The notes: generated from the sequence alone by a model not told the origin. Counted from the stretch's first letter, positions 20,607 through 30,487 are shown. The stretch: 64,000 nucleotides of DNA from Anaeromyxobacter sp. (GCA_049840735.1 JASGJN010000002.1:32001-96000); one strand, 5' to 3'. Made by a program: numbers and translations.

Positions 20607-21343
20607 AGGCCCCGCGACGGCAGCGACGGCCCGAGCCTCCCGATCGATGGCTGTGAGCAGCATCCCCGGGGTGAAGGCGGCCACCCCGCGCCCCCAGGTG
20701 CGCGCCCACGCGGAGATGGCCACGTCCTCGGGACGAGCTCTCGAAGCGCTACCGCCTCCTCCGCGCAACTCATGCTGCCGACGCGGCATCCTGGGCTCAG
20801 GCCCGGCAAGGTCGGGCTCGGAAGGTCGCCGCCGAGGTGGTGCGGTCTCACGGTCGGCGGCTCGTCGTCGTCGGCGTAGTCAGGATTCCGACGCAGGCCA
20901 CGGCTCTCTCCCAGCACTGCCCCTGCGGCACCCGGGTGAAGAAGTCCCTCGCCGACCGGGTTCACCGCTGTCCCCGCTGCGGACTGGAGGGCGACCGCGA
21001 TGCCGTCTCCGCGGTCCTCGCCGCCTTCGTCGTCCTCGAGCGGCCCACCGACTACGCCTCGGCGCGCGTCGACTACGACGCCACCCGGAGGGCCAACGAA
21101 GCGATAAGGGAGCTTCTCGATACTCGCTGTCACGGGTGGCAAGACGCCCGGTCCGAGTCAACCGACCTCTGCGCCCGCGAGCCTTTCGTCGCGTGGCGGA
21201 CGTCCACACCGGCAGGCTCGCCGGTGGCTCGGCGAATCGTCGGCACGGCCACGGGTCCAACCCGGGATGAGGCTGGCAACGTCCAGACCACGCCCGAGCG
21301 GGCCCGATGGCGAACTGTGGGACAACTCTTGGCGCAACGGTAG
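20607..21343 (+). pseudogene. tnpB: 5'-truncated and internally rearranged TnpB-family (IS200/605/607) RNA-guided nuclease gene
   Basis: Plus strand 20732-21343: DELSKRY...VVRSHGRRLVV|VGVVRIPTQATALSQHCPCG...HRCPRCGLEGDRDAVSA (zinc ribbon and RuvC-III DRD). The missing RuvC-II segment EDVAISAWARTWG...AIDREARAVAAVAGP lies on the minus strand at 20607-20729. Confidence 0.8.
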
Positions 21344-21381
21344 CGCAACGCGCTCGCAAGGCGCCCGCAAGCGGGGAGCAA
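21333..21381 (+). repeat. Helically phased direct repeats (C/A)GCAA at an 11-bp period; probable element end
   Basis: CGCAA at 21333, 21344, 21355 and 21366, and AGCAA at 21377. Confidence 0.65.
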
Positions 21382-21574
21382 ATCGAGCTTCGCCTAGCTT
21401 GGCGGCGACGCTAGAACTTGCTTGCCGGCTTCCGGCGCGATACCGAGCACCGGCTCGGCGGCCGTTGCATCGCTCAGTTCTGATCGAATACCCGGATCGG
21501 CCCGGACTGCGTCGCGACGCCCGTGGCAAGGAGGCACGAAAGCCGATACAAGTGTTCGTAGTTGCGAGTCTTTC

Positions 21575-21646
21575 GGGGTGCTAGCTCAACGGTAGAGCAG
21601 CGGCCTTTTAAGCCGTTGGCTCTGGGTTCAAATCCCAGGCGCCCCA
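21575..21646 (+). tRNA. tRNA-Lys (anticodon UUU), CCA not encoded
   Basis: Acceptor stem GGGGTGC/GCGCCCC, D arm GCTCAACGGTAGAGC, anticodon loop CTTTTAA, T arm CTGGG-TTCAAAT-CCCAG. Confidence 0.97.
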
Positions 21647-22525
21647 TTTCCCTTCCTTCGCCCGGTCAGGCCATCCGCTGCCCTGGCGCTGCCCTGGCGC
21701 ACCGCAGCCATCTCGCAGGCCCTGACCACGCGCGCAAGGAAGTCCAGGTAGGCGCCGCGCCGCCCGGCGGGGATGGGCAGGGCGAAGACCAGCCCGCAGT
21801 CGCCGAGCGCAAGCCCCGCATACGAGAGCGTGTAGTCCAGCGCGAGCCTTGCCGCGCGGGCATTCCCGTCTTCGAACGGATGGAAGAAGCAGAGGTCGAG
21901 GTACAGCATGGCTGCCCTGGCCACGGGATGCGGCGCGACGGACGGGGCCAGAGCCAGCCGCTCAGCAAACCGCTGCTCCATCCCCTCCCAGCAGCCGTAC
22001 TGCTCCTGTCCCTGCTTGGCACGGGCGACACCTCGGCGGAACGGGGCGGAACAGGAGCCGAGCACCACGCCCTGCAACTCCTGGAGCGCGGCCCAGGTCA
22101 GGGGCACTCCGGTCGTCGCTAGCGTGCGCGCCCGGGCCAGCGCCTCGAGGAACCGCTCCGCTCGACCCGGCTCCCGAGCCGCGTCGCGGCTCCGCACGTA
22201 CGCCAGGTGCCCGTCACGGGAATCCGACCCTGCCGTGAGCAGCGCAGCCGTGAGCACGCGCAGGTCGGGGGACGGATCAGCCCAGTCGATCGCTCCCTTC
22301 GCCCTTGGAGAAGCTCCACCCTTGCGCCCACTCGCCTTGTCCGGCAACGAGCGCAGCGTCCAAATCGGGAACGAACATCTCGCGCAGCACACCGAGGGGC
22401 TGCGCTCGTCCGAGCAGGTCGAGGACGGTTCGGCGAACCGTCTCCTCGGCGTCGGCGGCGTCGAACCGGACGCGGGCGGGATCGACCGCCTCCCACCGAG
22501 GCGAGTAGATGGACCAGGTCGACAT
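21628..22525 (-). CDS. Fic-domain protein, with a probable frameshift or internal deletion near 22295
   Basis: FFHPFEDGNARAAR (Fic motif HPFxDGNGR with G to A). The N-terminal ORF 22277..22525 can join the Fic frame by a one-base correction. Confidence 0.75.
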
Positions 22526-22622
22526 GCCGTGCCTCTCCGAGTCGAGGGCACAGACTACCGGAGCCGAGCGCGGCAGGCACCTGCCGGCCGCATGGCGCCC
22601 GGAATACGGTCCCTCCTGGTCC

Positions 22623-23843
22623 TCAGCCCCTCTCCCCCGGCTCCTCCCGCGTCGCCTCGCGGCGCTGGTCCTGCTCCACCTCCGCGCCGCGGGTCCCGGC
22701 GGAGCGCTCGGCGATCTCGCCGGCCTGCTCCTGCCGCTCGGCGGAGGGCGCGTGCCGGGGCACGCCGGTCACGCCTTCGCGCGCGCCCTCCTGGACCTGG
22801 CGCGGCTCGGGGGCTGGCTCCGGAGGAACGGCGTGCGGGGTGTTGTCGTCCACGCCGGGGGGCGTGGGGCCGGGGCCGCCGGCCAGGCCGGGCGTGGGGT
22901 CGAGGGTGGGATCGTCGGGCATGTGGCCTCCTCCTCGAATCTCTGACCGCGCCTCCCCGGCCGGAAGGGCCGCCCCCTCCACCCACAGGTCGAGCACCAC
23001 CGGCCGGTGATCCGAGGCCGCAGCCACCTCCGCGCCGTCGACGATGGCCGAGGCGAGGACCGACCCCTCGTCGGCCCGCGGCACGGCCAGGTGATCGAGC
23101 ACCTCCCGCCGTCCCCCCGACCCCCAGGTCCAGGCGGACCGCGCGAGCAGCGCCGGCGCGTCCCGCCAGGCGCCGTCGCCCAGCAGCGGCGCGAGGGGCG
23201 CGCTGGTGGGCTGGTCGTTCAGGTCGCCGCCAGCCACCACCTGGGCACCCGCGGCCCGCGCCGCGTCGGCGATGGCCCGCAGCCTCGCCGCCTGGGCGGT
23301 GCGCCGCGTGCCGTCATCGGAGAGGGCCGAGCTGAGGTGGCTCGCCACCACCACCAGCCGCGCGGCCCCGACCTCCACCGCCAGCTCGACGCAGTCGCGC
23401 GGCCAGAGCAGCCGCCCATCCTCGCCCCGCTCGTCGCGGTGCGTCCGGTACCCGGCCACCGGCAGCCGCGAGAGCGCGCCGACGTCGATGCCGCGCGGAT
23501 CGTTCCCCTCCACCAGCCGGACCTCCGGGTATCCCGCCGCCGCCCCCAGCCGCGCCAGCAGCGCCCGGTCCTCCACCTCCTGCACCACCACCACGTCCGC
23601 CGCCACCGCCCGCAGCACGGCCGCGGCGCCCGCCAGCCGCGCCTCCACCTCCGCCTCGGCCGGCACCTCGTCCAGCGTGGCCGGGTCGTCCTGCGCGTCG
23701 AAGAGGTCGTGCAGGTTCCAGGTGGCGACGCGGACGGCGCGGCCCGCGCCCGCGGGCGAGGCCGCCCCCGGCGCCGGTGCGCAGCTGGACAGCGCGGTCA
23801 GGAGCAGCGCGAGGACGGCTGCGCGCGTGGAATGTGAGGACAT
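22623..23843 (-). CDS. Endonuclease/exonuclease/phosphatase-family lipoprotein, read in frame into a 99-aa acidic/Pro-rich tail that may be a separate gene (22623..22922)
   Basis: ATG at 23843, lipobox LSSC. Motifs ATWNLHDLFD, VQEVE, GDLND, LDHL, SDHRPV. An internal GAGGAGG-ATG lies at 22922. Confidence 0.8.
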   Translation of the reverse strand: MSSHSTRAAVLALLLTALSSCAPAPGAASPAGAGRAVRVATWNLHDLFDAQDDPATLDEVPAEAEVEARLAGAAAVLRAVAADVVVVQEVEDRALLARLGAAAGYPEVRLVEGNDPRGIDVGALSRLPVAGYRTHRDERGEDGRLLWPRDCVELAVEVGAARLVVVASHLSSALSDDGTRRTAQAARLRAIADAARAAGAQVVAGGDLNDQPTSAPLAPLLGDGAWRDAPALLARSAWTWGSGGRREVLDHLAVPRADEGSVLASAIVDGAEVAAASDHRPVVLDLWVEGAALPAGEARSEIRGGGHMPDDPTLDPTPGLAGGPGPTPPGVDDNTPHAVPPEPAPEPRQVQEGAREGVTGVPRHAPSAERQEQAGEIAERSAGTRGAEVEQDQRREATREEPGERG

Positions 23844-23952
23844 GCCACGGCGGACTGCAAGGGCGTGGCCACCCGCAAACACGCGTCAGGCGGCGATCTG
23901 CCGGGAACCAGCGGTCCGCGCGGCGGCCGCAGGGGCCGCGGCGCGGACCTGC

Positions 23953-25575
23953 TCAGTAGCTCGCGACCAGGTTGGCGTACCCGGTCCAGCCCCAGGCCGT
24001 GGTGCCGGCCTCGCTCTCCCCGGCGGAGAAGCTCATGCCGGTCCGCCCGGAGCCGGCCAGGCGCAGCGCGAAGTGGCTGGAGAGGTCGGCTTGGGCGCTG
24101 AGGTAGAGCGCCAGCTCGTCGTTGTCGATGGTCAGGTTGCTGGTCCGGGCCCAGCTGGTGCGCACCAGGAAGCGCAGCGGCGTCCACGGCCGCGCCACCA
24201 CCTGCGCGTAGGCGCTCTGCCCCCCCAGCCAGCCGCGCTCGTAGAGGTAGCCCAGCGAGAGGTTCCCCCAGCCGAAGAGCAGCCGGGGCAAGGTCAGCTC
24301 CGGCCCGACCCACTGCCGGTCCAGGCCGGAGTCGAGGTCCTTGCTCTCGCCGCCGGTGGCGGCCAGCCGGAGCCGCGGGCCCACGTCCCAGGCGGCGAAG
24401 GCGTCGGCGTGGTGCCCGCGGCCGGGGAAGGCCACCGGGTCGAAGGTCTGCGGATAGGGCAGCCCCGCGTAGCGGAAGCTGCCGCCCAGCGACAGGCCGC
24501 CCACCGGCCGGAGCGTGGCGTCCACGCGCGCGGCGTCCACGTAGCCGTCGGCGTGCACGTCCCCGCCGCCTCCCAGCTGCAGGTCGGCGGAGGTGTCGAA
24601 GCCGCGGAGGAAGAGCCGCCCGGCCAGCGAGGCCTCGCCGCGCGTGCCCAGCTCGGGCGAGCGGACCATGGCGAGCCGCCCCTCGTGCCGGAAGCTGCCC
24701 CCGCCGGTGAAGGCGCGATCCAGGCTCCAGTACCCGCCCGCGGTGGCGCGCTGGCTGGTGACGTCGAGCGTGTCGGGCTGCGGGACGGTCCCGCCGAAGA
24801 GCCCCAGCCCGAGGCGGTTCTGGCCCAGGTGGCCGCGCCAGCCGGCCAGGCCGCCGTCGAAGATGGACGCGCCCGGGATGTCCCAGGGCTGGACGCGGCC
24901 GGCCGCGAAGGTGAGGTCGGGGCGCGGCGTGGCGGTGAGCTGGGCCTGCCAGACGTAGAGCTGGTTGTCGTCCTGCGGGCGGAAGCGCGCCGGCTCGGAG
25001 TGGCTCCAGTGCTCGGCGCGTGCGTCCACGTCCAGCGTGAGCCAGCGGGTGATGGGCGCGCCGCGCAGCACCACGTCCACGGCCTCGCGGTGATCGGCGC
25101 CCACGCCCGAGCTGGACCAGGTGACGTGCTCCAGCGAGACGTCGATCACCCTGCTCCGCGGCGCGGGCTGGTCGCCCGCCGCCGACACGCGGGCCTCCAC
25201 CAGCGGCACCGGCGCGGTGGAGAGCACCGCCCAGCGGTTCTGCAGCACCGCCTCGGTGGGCGGCGGCGGCAGGGTCTTCACCTGCGGCCGGATCTCGGGG
25301 CCGGCGGCGAAGGTGAAGGTGTCGCCGGGGCGGGCCCTCCCCCCGGGGCAGCTGGCGTGGCTGGGCGTCAGCACGTCCACGGTGCAGCGGCCCACCGCGT
25401 CGCCGCCGCGCCGCAGCTCCAGCACGGCGCCGGCAGCCAGGCCGTCGTCGCTGCCGACGTCCAGGTAGGTGCGCTGCGCCGTGACGTAGGCGACCGCGCC
25501 GGTGCCGCGCGGGTGATCCCGGCCCGGCGCCGCCGCCGCCAGCGCCGCCGCGAGCAGCGCGTAGAGGGGGCTCAT
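23953..25575 (-). CDS. Outer-membrane beta-barrel (putative porin of a porin-cytochrome complex)
   Basis: ATG at 25575 overlaps the upstream stop. Signal peptide, many amphipathic beta strands, C-terminal WTGYANLVASY ending in an aromatic residue. Confidence 0.75.
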   Translation of the reverse strand: MSPLYALLAAALAAAAPGRDHPRGTGAVAYVTAQRTYLDVGSDDGLAAGAVLELRRGGDAVGRCTVDVLTPSHASCPGGRARPGDTFTFAAGPEIRPQVKTLPPPPTEAVLQNRWAVLSTAPVPLVEARVSAAGDQPAPRSRVIDVSLEHVTWSSSGVGADHREAVDVVLRGAPITRWLTLDVDARAEHWSHSEPARFRPQDDNQLYVWQAQLTATPRPDLTFAAGRVQPWDIPGASIFDGGLAGWRGHLGQNRLGLGLFGGTVPQPDTLDVTSQRATAGGYWSLDRAFTGGGSFRHEGRLAMVRSPELGTRGEASLAGRLFLRGFDTSADLQLGGGGDVHADGYVDAARVDATLRPVGGLSLGGSFRYAGLPYPQTFDPVAFPGRGHHADAFAAWDVGPRLRLAATGGESKDLDSGLDRQWVGPELTLPRLLFGWGNLSLGYLYERGWLGGQSAYAQVVARPWTPLRFLVRTSWARTSNLTIDNDELALYLSAQADLSSHFALRLAGSGRTGMSFSAGESEAGTTAWGWTGYANLVASY

Positions 25576-26435
25576 CGCGTCCTCCGGGCGCGCAGCGCGC
25601 CGCCGGTGCTGAACTGGTGGCACTCGTAGCACTTGCGGTTCACCGGCTGGAACCCGGGCACGCCCTGGTGCTCGCCGGAGACGTCGCCGTGGCAGCGGAT
25701 GCAGTCGGCGGTGTCGGTCGCGCAGGTGAAGGTCTGGCTGTAGTCGGCCAGCGGGATGGTGGTGTGGCACTCGGTGCAGCGCACGCCGGCGTGCGGCCCG
25801 GACCGGATGTCGAAGCAGACCTGGTGCTGCGGCAGCGTGGCCGGGGCGAAGCGCCAGGTGGAGTGGCAGCGGCGGCAGTCCTGCGGGAAGCCGGAGCCGG
25901 CGTGATCGACGGCCGCACCGCCGGCGCTGGCCCGCTCCCAGTCCGGACCGTGGCAGCCCACGCAGGCCACCGTGGGGCGCGAGAAGCCGCGATCGCGCCT
26001 GTCCCCGTGGCAGTTCTCGCAGGCGGTCAGCGCGTGGCGGCCGGTGAGCGGGAAGGCGGTCTTCCGGTGGTCCTCGGGGCTGAAGGACGCCGCCCAGGCC
26101 ACCGGCTGGTGGCAGTCCTGGCAGCGCTGCCCGAGCCGGCCCAGGTGAACGTCCCGGTGGCAGGCCGAGCACGCGCGCGCCACCGGCTCGGCGAAGGTGC
26201 CGCTCGAGTGGCAGGCCCGGCAGGCCACGTCGCGGTGGCGCCCCTCGAGCGGGAAGCCGGTCCGCTCGTGGGCGAACTTGACCGGCTTCCAGCCCTCGGC
26301 GGTGTGGCAGGCGGCGCACTCGGTGTCGCCGCCGTGGGTGGGGGGCGGCGGCGGGCGGGCGGCCAGGTCGGCGGCGGCGGCCGGCAGCGTCAGCAGCGCG
26401 GCCGCCGCGGCCAGGAACGCGGTGGCGGTCCTCAT
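25572..26435 (-). CDS. Decaheme c-type cytochrome, exported
   Basis: ATG at 26435, signal peptide MRTATAFLAAAAALL; 10 CxxCH motifs counted. Confidence 0.9.
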   Translation of the reverse strand: MRTATAFLAAAAALLTLPAAAADLAARPPPPPTHGGDTECAACHTAEGWKPVKFAHERTGFPLEGRHRDVACRACHSSGTFAEPVARACSACHRDVHLGRLGQRCQDCHQPVAWAASFSPEDHRKTAFPLTGRHALTACENCHGDRRDRGFSRPTVACVGCHGPDWERASAGGAAVDHAGSGFPQDCRRCHSTWRFAPATLPQHQVCFDIRSGPHAGVRCTECHTTIPLADYSQTFTCATDTADCIRCHGDVSGEHQGVPGFQPVNRKCYECHQFSTGGALRARRTR

Positions 26436-28267
26436 GGCACGTACCCCTTGAAGGCGCCCTGGTGGAAGTCGGCGTGGCAGCCCTGGCACTTCGTCGGCAG
26501 CGGGCGGTAGCGGCGCGTGGGCGTGCCGGCGACCGAGACGGTGGGGTGGCACTGGGCGCAGCCGACCGTCTTGTGCTTCCCCTCCAGCAGGAAGGTGGTG
26601 AACGGGTTGGCGTGCGCGAAGATCAGCCCCTCCTTCCAGCCCAGCGGGGCGTGGCAGCGGGCGCAGTCGGTCCCCTTCCCCTTCACGGCGAACTGTGCGG
26701 CGTGCGGATCGGCGTGGCAGCCGGCGCAGGTCACCGCCACTGGCTTGTACCGGACCACCCCTCCGTCGTCCGGGCGGTGGCAGGAGGCGCAGGCGGCCTG
26801 GGCGTGCTTGCCGAGCAGCGGAAAGCGGGTGTCCCGCCCGTGGTCGAAGCGGACCTTCTGGAAGCTCTCCAGCCCGTGGCAGGCGGTGCAGCCCTCGGCC
26901 TTCACGCGGGCGTCGAACTGGCCGCCGTGGGGGTCCTTGTGGCAGCTGCGGCAGTCGGCCGGCCTGGGGAGGTCGAGGCGGGCCAGGCTGACGCGCACCG
27001 GCCGCTTGCGCTTCTGCAGATCGGCGCGCACCGCCGCCGGGACCTTGTCGGCCAGCTTCGGATCGCGGACGTGGCAGGCGTTGCAGGCCACGGCCCGGTG
27101 GGCGCCCTCCAGCCTGTAGGCGAGCGCGTCGTGGTCCTCCACCTCGAAGCGCGCCGGCAGGAAGCCGTCCACGGTGTGGCAGCGGGCGCAGTCGGGCGGG
27201 CCGGTCCGCGGCCTGGCGGCGGCCCCTGTCGCGCCGGCTGGCGGCGCGGCCGCGAGCTGGCCGACGTGGGCGTCGGCGTGGCAGTCGGTGCAGGCGCCGA
27301 AGGCCAGCCCCTTGTAGCGGGCCGGCGCGCCGTGGCAGGCGGCGCAGGCCACGGTGGCGTGCTGGCCCCGCAGCGGGTAGCGGGTCTTGTCGTGGAAGGC
27401 GCGCTCGCCGGTCGCCGAGGCGCCCACCTTCCGCCAGTCGCTGGTGGTGTGGCAGCTGGCGCAGCCCTGGCCGAAGCGGTCCTGGTGCGGGTCCTTGTGG
27501 CAGTCGGTGCAGGCGGCGAAGGGGATCCCCTTCAGCCTGGTCATGGTGTTCGCGGACCTGGGCCCGACCTGGCCCGCCGCCGCCTGCGCGGGCGGCGCCT
27601 CGGCGGGCTTGTGGCACTTGGCGCAGTCCACCCGCTGGTGCTTGCCCGTCAGCGGGAAGGCGGTGCGCGCGTGGTCGAAGGCGCGCACCGGCCTCCAGGC
27701 CTCCTCGCCGTGGCAGCGGGCGCAGTCGGTGCCCACCTGGCCGCGGTGTTCGTCCACGTGGCAGCTCGCACAGGCGGTGGGGGCGCCCAGGAAGGTCTTG
27801 CGACCCGGCTGCTTCGCCAGGACCTCCTTCACGCCGGCGTCCGCCACCAGCCGCGGATCGTGGCAGCGGGCGCAGTCCGCCGTCCGGTGCTTGCCGTTGA
27901 GGGCGAAGCCGGTGCGGCCGTGGTCGAACCGCTTCTGCCCGCCGGCGCCCCAGTCCACCAGCGCGTTGTCGCGCCCCAGGTGCTCGTGGTGGCAGGTCTG
28001 GCAGGAGGCCTTGTCTGCGGCGGAGAGGCGGCCGTGCAGGCCGCGCCCCTGGGCCACGCGCGACCGGAGCTCGCCGTGGCAGGAGAGGCAGGCGGCCGCC
28101 GAGAGCTGCTGGCCCGCCTCGTGGCACTTCGTGCAGCTGCCGATCCCCTCCAGCGCCTGGTGGGCGCGGGAGAGCTCGCCGGGCGAGAACAGGTCGGCCC
28201 GGGCGGGAGGAGCCAGCAGCAGGGCACAGCCGAGGCCGAGGAGGAGGCGCGCTGGAGCGTTCACCAT
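26432..28267 (-). CDS. 20-heme c-type cytochrome, exported
   Basis: ATG at 28267, signal peptide, SPGELSRAH; 20 CxxCH motifs in FDH-x-T-x-FPL-x-G-x-H repeats. Confidence 0.9.
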   Translation of the reverse strand: MVNAPARLLLGLGCALLLAPPARADLFSPGELSRAHQALEGIGSCTKCHEAGQQLSAAACLSCHGELRSRVAQGRGLHGRLSAADKASCQTCHHEHLGRDNALVDWGAGGQKRFDHGRTGFALNGKHRTADCARCHDPRLVADAGVKEVLAKQPGRKTFLGAPTACASCHVDEHRGQVGTDCARCHGEEAWRPVRAFDHARTAFPLTGKHQRVDCAKCHKPAEAPPAQAAAGQVGPRSANTMTRLKGIPFAACTDCHKDPHQDRFGQGCASCHTTSDWRKVGASATGERAFHDKTRYPLRGQHATVACAACHGAPARYKGLAFGACTDCHADAHVGQLAAAPPAGATGAAARPRTGPPDCARCHTVDGFLPARFEVEDHDALAYRLEGAHRAVACNACHVRDPKLADKVPAAVRADLQKRKRPVRVSLARLDLPRPADCRSCHKDPHGGQFDARVKAEGCTACHGLESFQKVRFDHGRDTRFPLLGKHAQAACASCHRPDDGGVVRYKPVAVTCAGCHADPHAAQFAVKGKGTDCARCHAPLGWKEGLIFAHANPFTTFLLEGKHKTVGCAQCHPTVSVAGTPTRRYRPLPTKCQGCHADFHQGAFKGYVP

Positions 28268-30487
28268 CGGAGGAGTCCGTAGCCGAGGTAGAGGGAGACG
28301 CCGATGTGGGCTGCGATGACGACCACCAGGGACACGGCCAGGGTGGCGTGGAACACCCGCCACCCGCGCATCAGCCGCTTGAGCGAGGCGTAGAAGCGGA
28401 TCTGCCAGCGGAGCCGGGCCAGCCCCACCACGGCGTCGCGGAAGGCCAGGAAGTGGCCCCGCGTCTCGAACCCGCGCCGCACCCGCCACAGCCGCCAGCG
28501 CAAGAGCAGCGCCTCGGCCGGCATGAGCACGAAGAGGAGCGCCAGGGAGCCGGCCTTGATGGGCGCCGTGGCGCGGACCAGCAGCGCCCGGGCCGGCGCG
28601 CCGGCCTCCACCAGGAACGGCTGCTGCGCCGCCAGCAGCCGCTCGAAGGAGGCGAGCAGGTCGGCCAGCTCGGTCGCCTTGCCGCCGTCGGACGGGACCG
28701 CGCCATAGATGAAGCGGCCCACCAGGCCGGTGCCCACCACCACCGCCAGCGCGCCGGCGGTGCCGGTGGCCAGCTGGTTGTTGGACTGGAACGCGGCGTG
28801 GAAGGCGATGACCAGCGGGCTCATGAAGCCCACGAAGACGTGGAAGTCGAGCCACCCCCGGATGCTCCCCAGCCACGCCAGCGACTTCCAGCGCTTGCGC
28901 GCGGCGTAGAGGAAGTTGGAGAGCATGAAGGCGGTGGCCACCATGCCCACGCCGTGCCCCCAGGGGCCGGCCGACTTGAGGAACGGGTGCAGCTCGGAGC
29001 GCCGGCGCGCCAGCCGGTCGAGCGGGTAGTAGTCCCGGCCCATCCAGGCCAGCACCGCCAGGATGGCGAGCCCCACCAGCGCGTAGCCCAGCCGGAACAG
29101 CCGGACGCGCCGCTTCTGGGCCCGCCGCCGCGCCGCCGCAGCGTCGGCCTTGCCGAGGGTGGAGGGGCGGCGGTGGGCCCCGGGCGCCTCGCCGTGGTAG
29201 CGGCGCAGCGAGACGCCGGCCTTGGTCAGGAACTCCACCGGCAGCTCGCCGCCGATGCAGACCAGCACGAAGTCGTTGGCGATCCTCCCCCGGCGCTCAC
29301 CGTCCTGGAGCACCACCTCGGTGGGCCGGATTCTCGGCCACCACCGACGGGAGCAGCGCCCGGATCCTCCCGGCGGCCACCAGCTCGTGGAAGCGGCTCC
29401 GGTTGGCCTCGCGGCAGCGCCCCAGCTCCGCGCCGCGGTAGGAGAGCGTCACCTCGGCGGTGGACTCCCGCGCCAGCTGGATGGCCGCCTCCAGGGCCGC
29501 GTCGCCGCCGCCCACCACCAGCACGCGGGCGCCGTCGTACTGCTCCGGCTCGGCGAGGCCGTACAGCACCTTCTCCAGCTCCTCGCCGGGCACGCCCAGC
29601 TTGCGCGGCGTGCCCCGCCGCCCGATGGCCAGCACCACCTTGCTGGCCGCCAGGGATCCGGCCGAGGTCACCACCTGGAAGCGGCCGTCCTCGCCCTCGA
29701 TGCCGGTGACCTTCACGCCCTGCTCTGCCCGGATGCCGGTCTTCTCCAGCACGCGGGTCCAGGTGCCGAGCAGCTCCTCCTTGGAGATGAGCGGCTTGCC
29801 GAACTTGCCGACCAGGGGCAGCTGGATCACCTCGGTCATGGCCACCTTGCGGCGCGGGTAGTGCGCGACCGAGCCGCCCACCGTGTCCTGCTCCACCAGC
29901 CGGAAGGGCACGCCGCGGGCCTGCAGCCCGAGCGCGGTGGCGATGCCGGCCGGCCCCGCCCCCACCACCAGCACGCCGGGCCCGGGCCCGTGCGCCACCA
30001 CCGAGGCCAGGTGCTCCGCCACCTGCAGCCCCTGCATGATGGCGTTCTTGATGAGCCCCATCCCGCCCAGCTCGCCCACCACGTGCACGCCCGGCCGCGA
30101 GGACTCGAAGACCTCGCTCACCTCGGGGAGGTCCACGCCGCGCTCCAGGCTGCCGAACACCAGCTTGATGGCGCCCACCGGGCACTCGGCGGCGCAGCGG
30201 CCGTGGCCGATGCAGTGATCGCCGTGGATCAGGCGGGCCGCGCCGTCCACCACGCCCAGGATGTCGCCCTCCGGGCAGGCCTGGAGGCAGGAGAGGCTGC
30301 CGATGCAGATGTCCGGATCGATGACCGGGTGGAGCGAGCGGGCCAGGTGCTGCCCGCGCGCCATCTTCTCCTGCAGCGCCGCCGCGTCGCGGCGCTGGCG
30401 GCGCCCGCGGCGCAGGAGGTGGGCGGCGCCGAGCAGCGCGACCGCGGCGAGCGAGCCTGCGGCGATGAGGAGCGAGGTCGGATCCAT
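28261..30487 (-). CDS. Fusion protein: TM anchor, ferredoxin-like domain, TrxB-type FAD/NAD(P)H oxidoreductase, His-rich ferric-reductase-like membrane domain; one frameshift at about 29330
   Basis: CIGSLSCLQACP, CIGHGRCAAECP, VGAGPAG, LAIGRRG, VGGGDAALE. The GATC fix gives VAEIRPTEVVLQ...NDFVLVCIGGELP, which continues into TM helices with WLDFH, IAFH, WRVFH and AAH. Confidence 0.85.
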
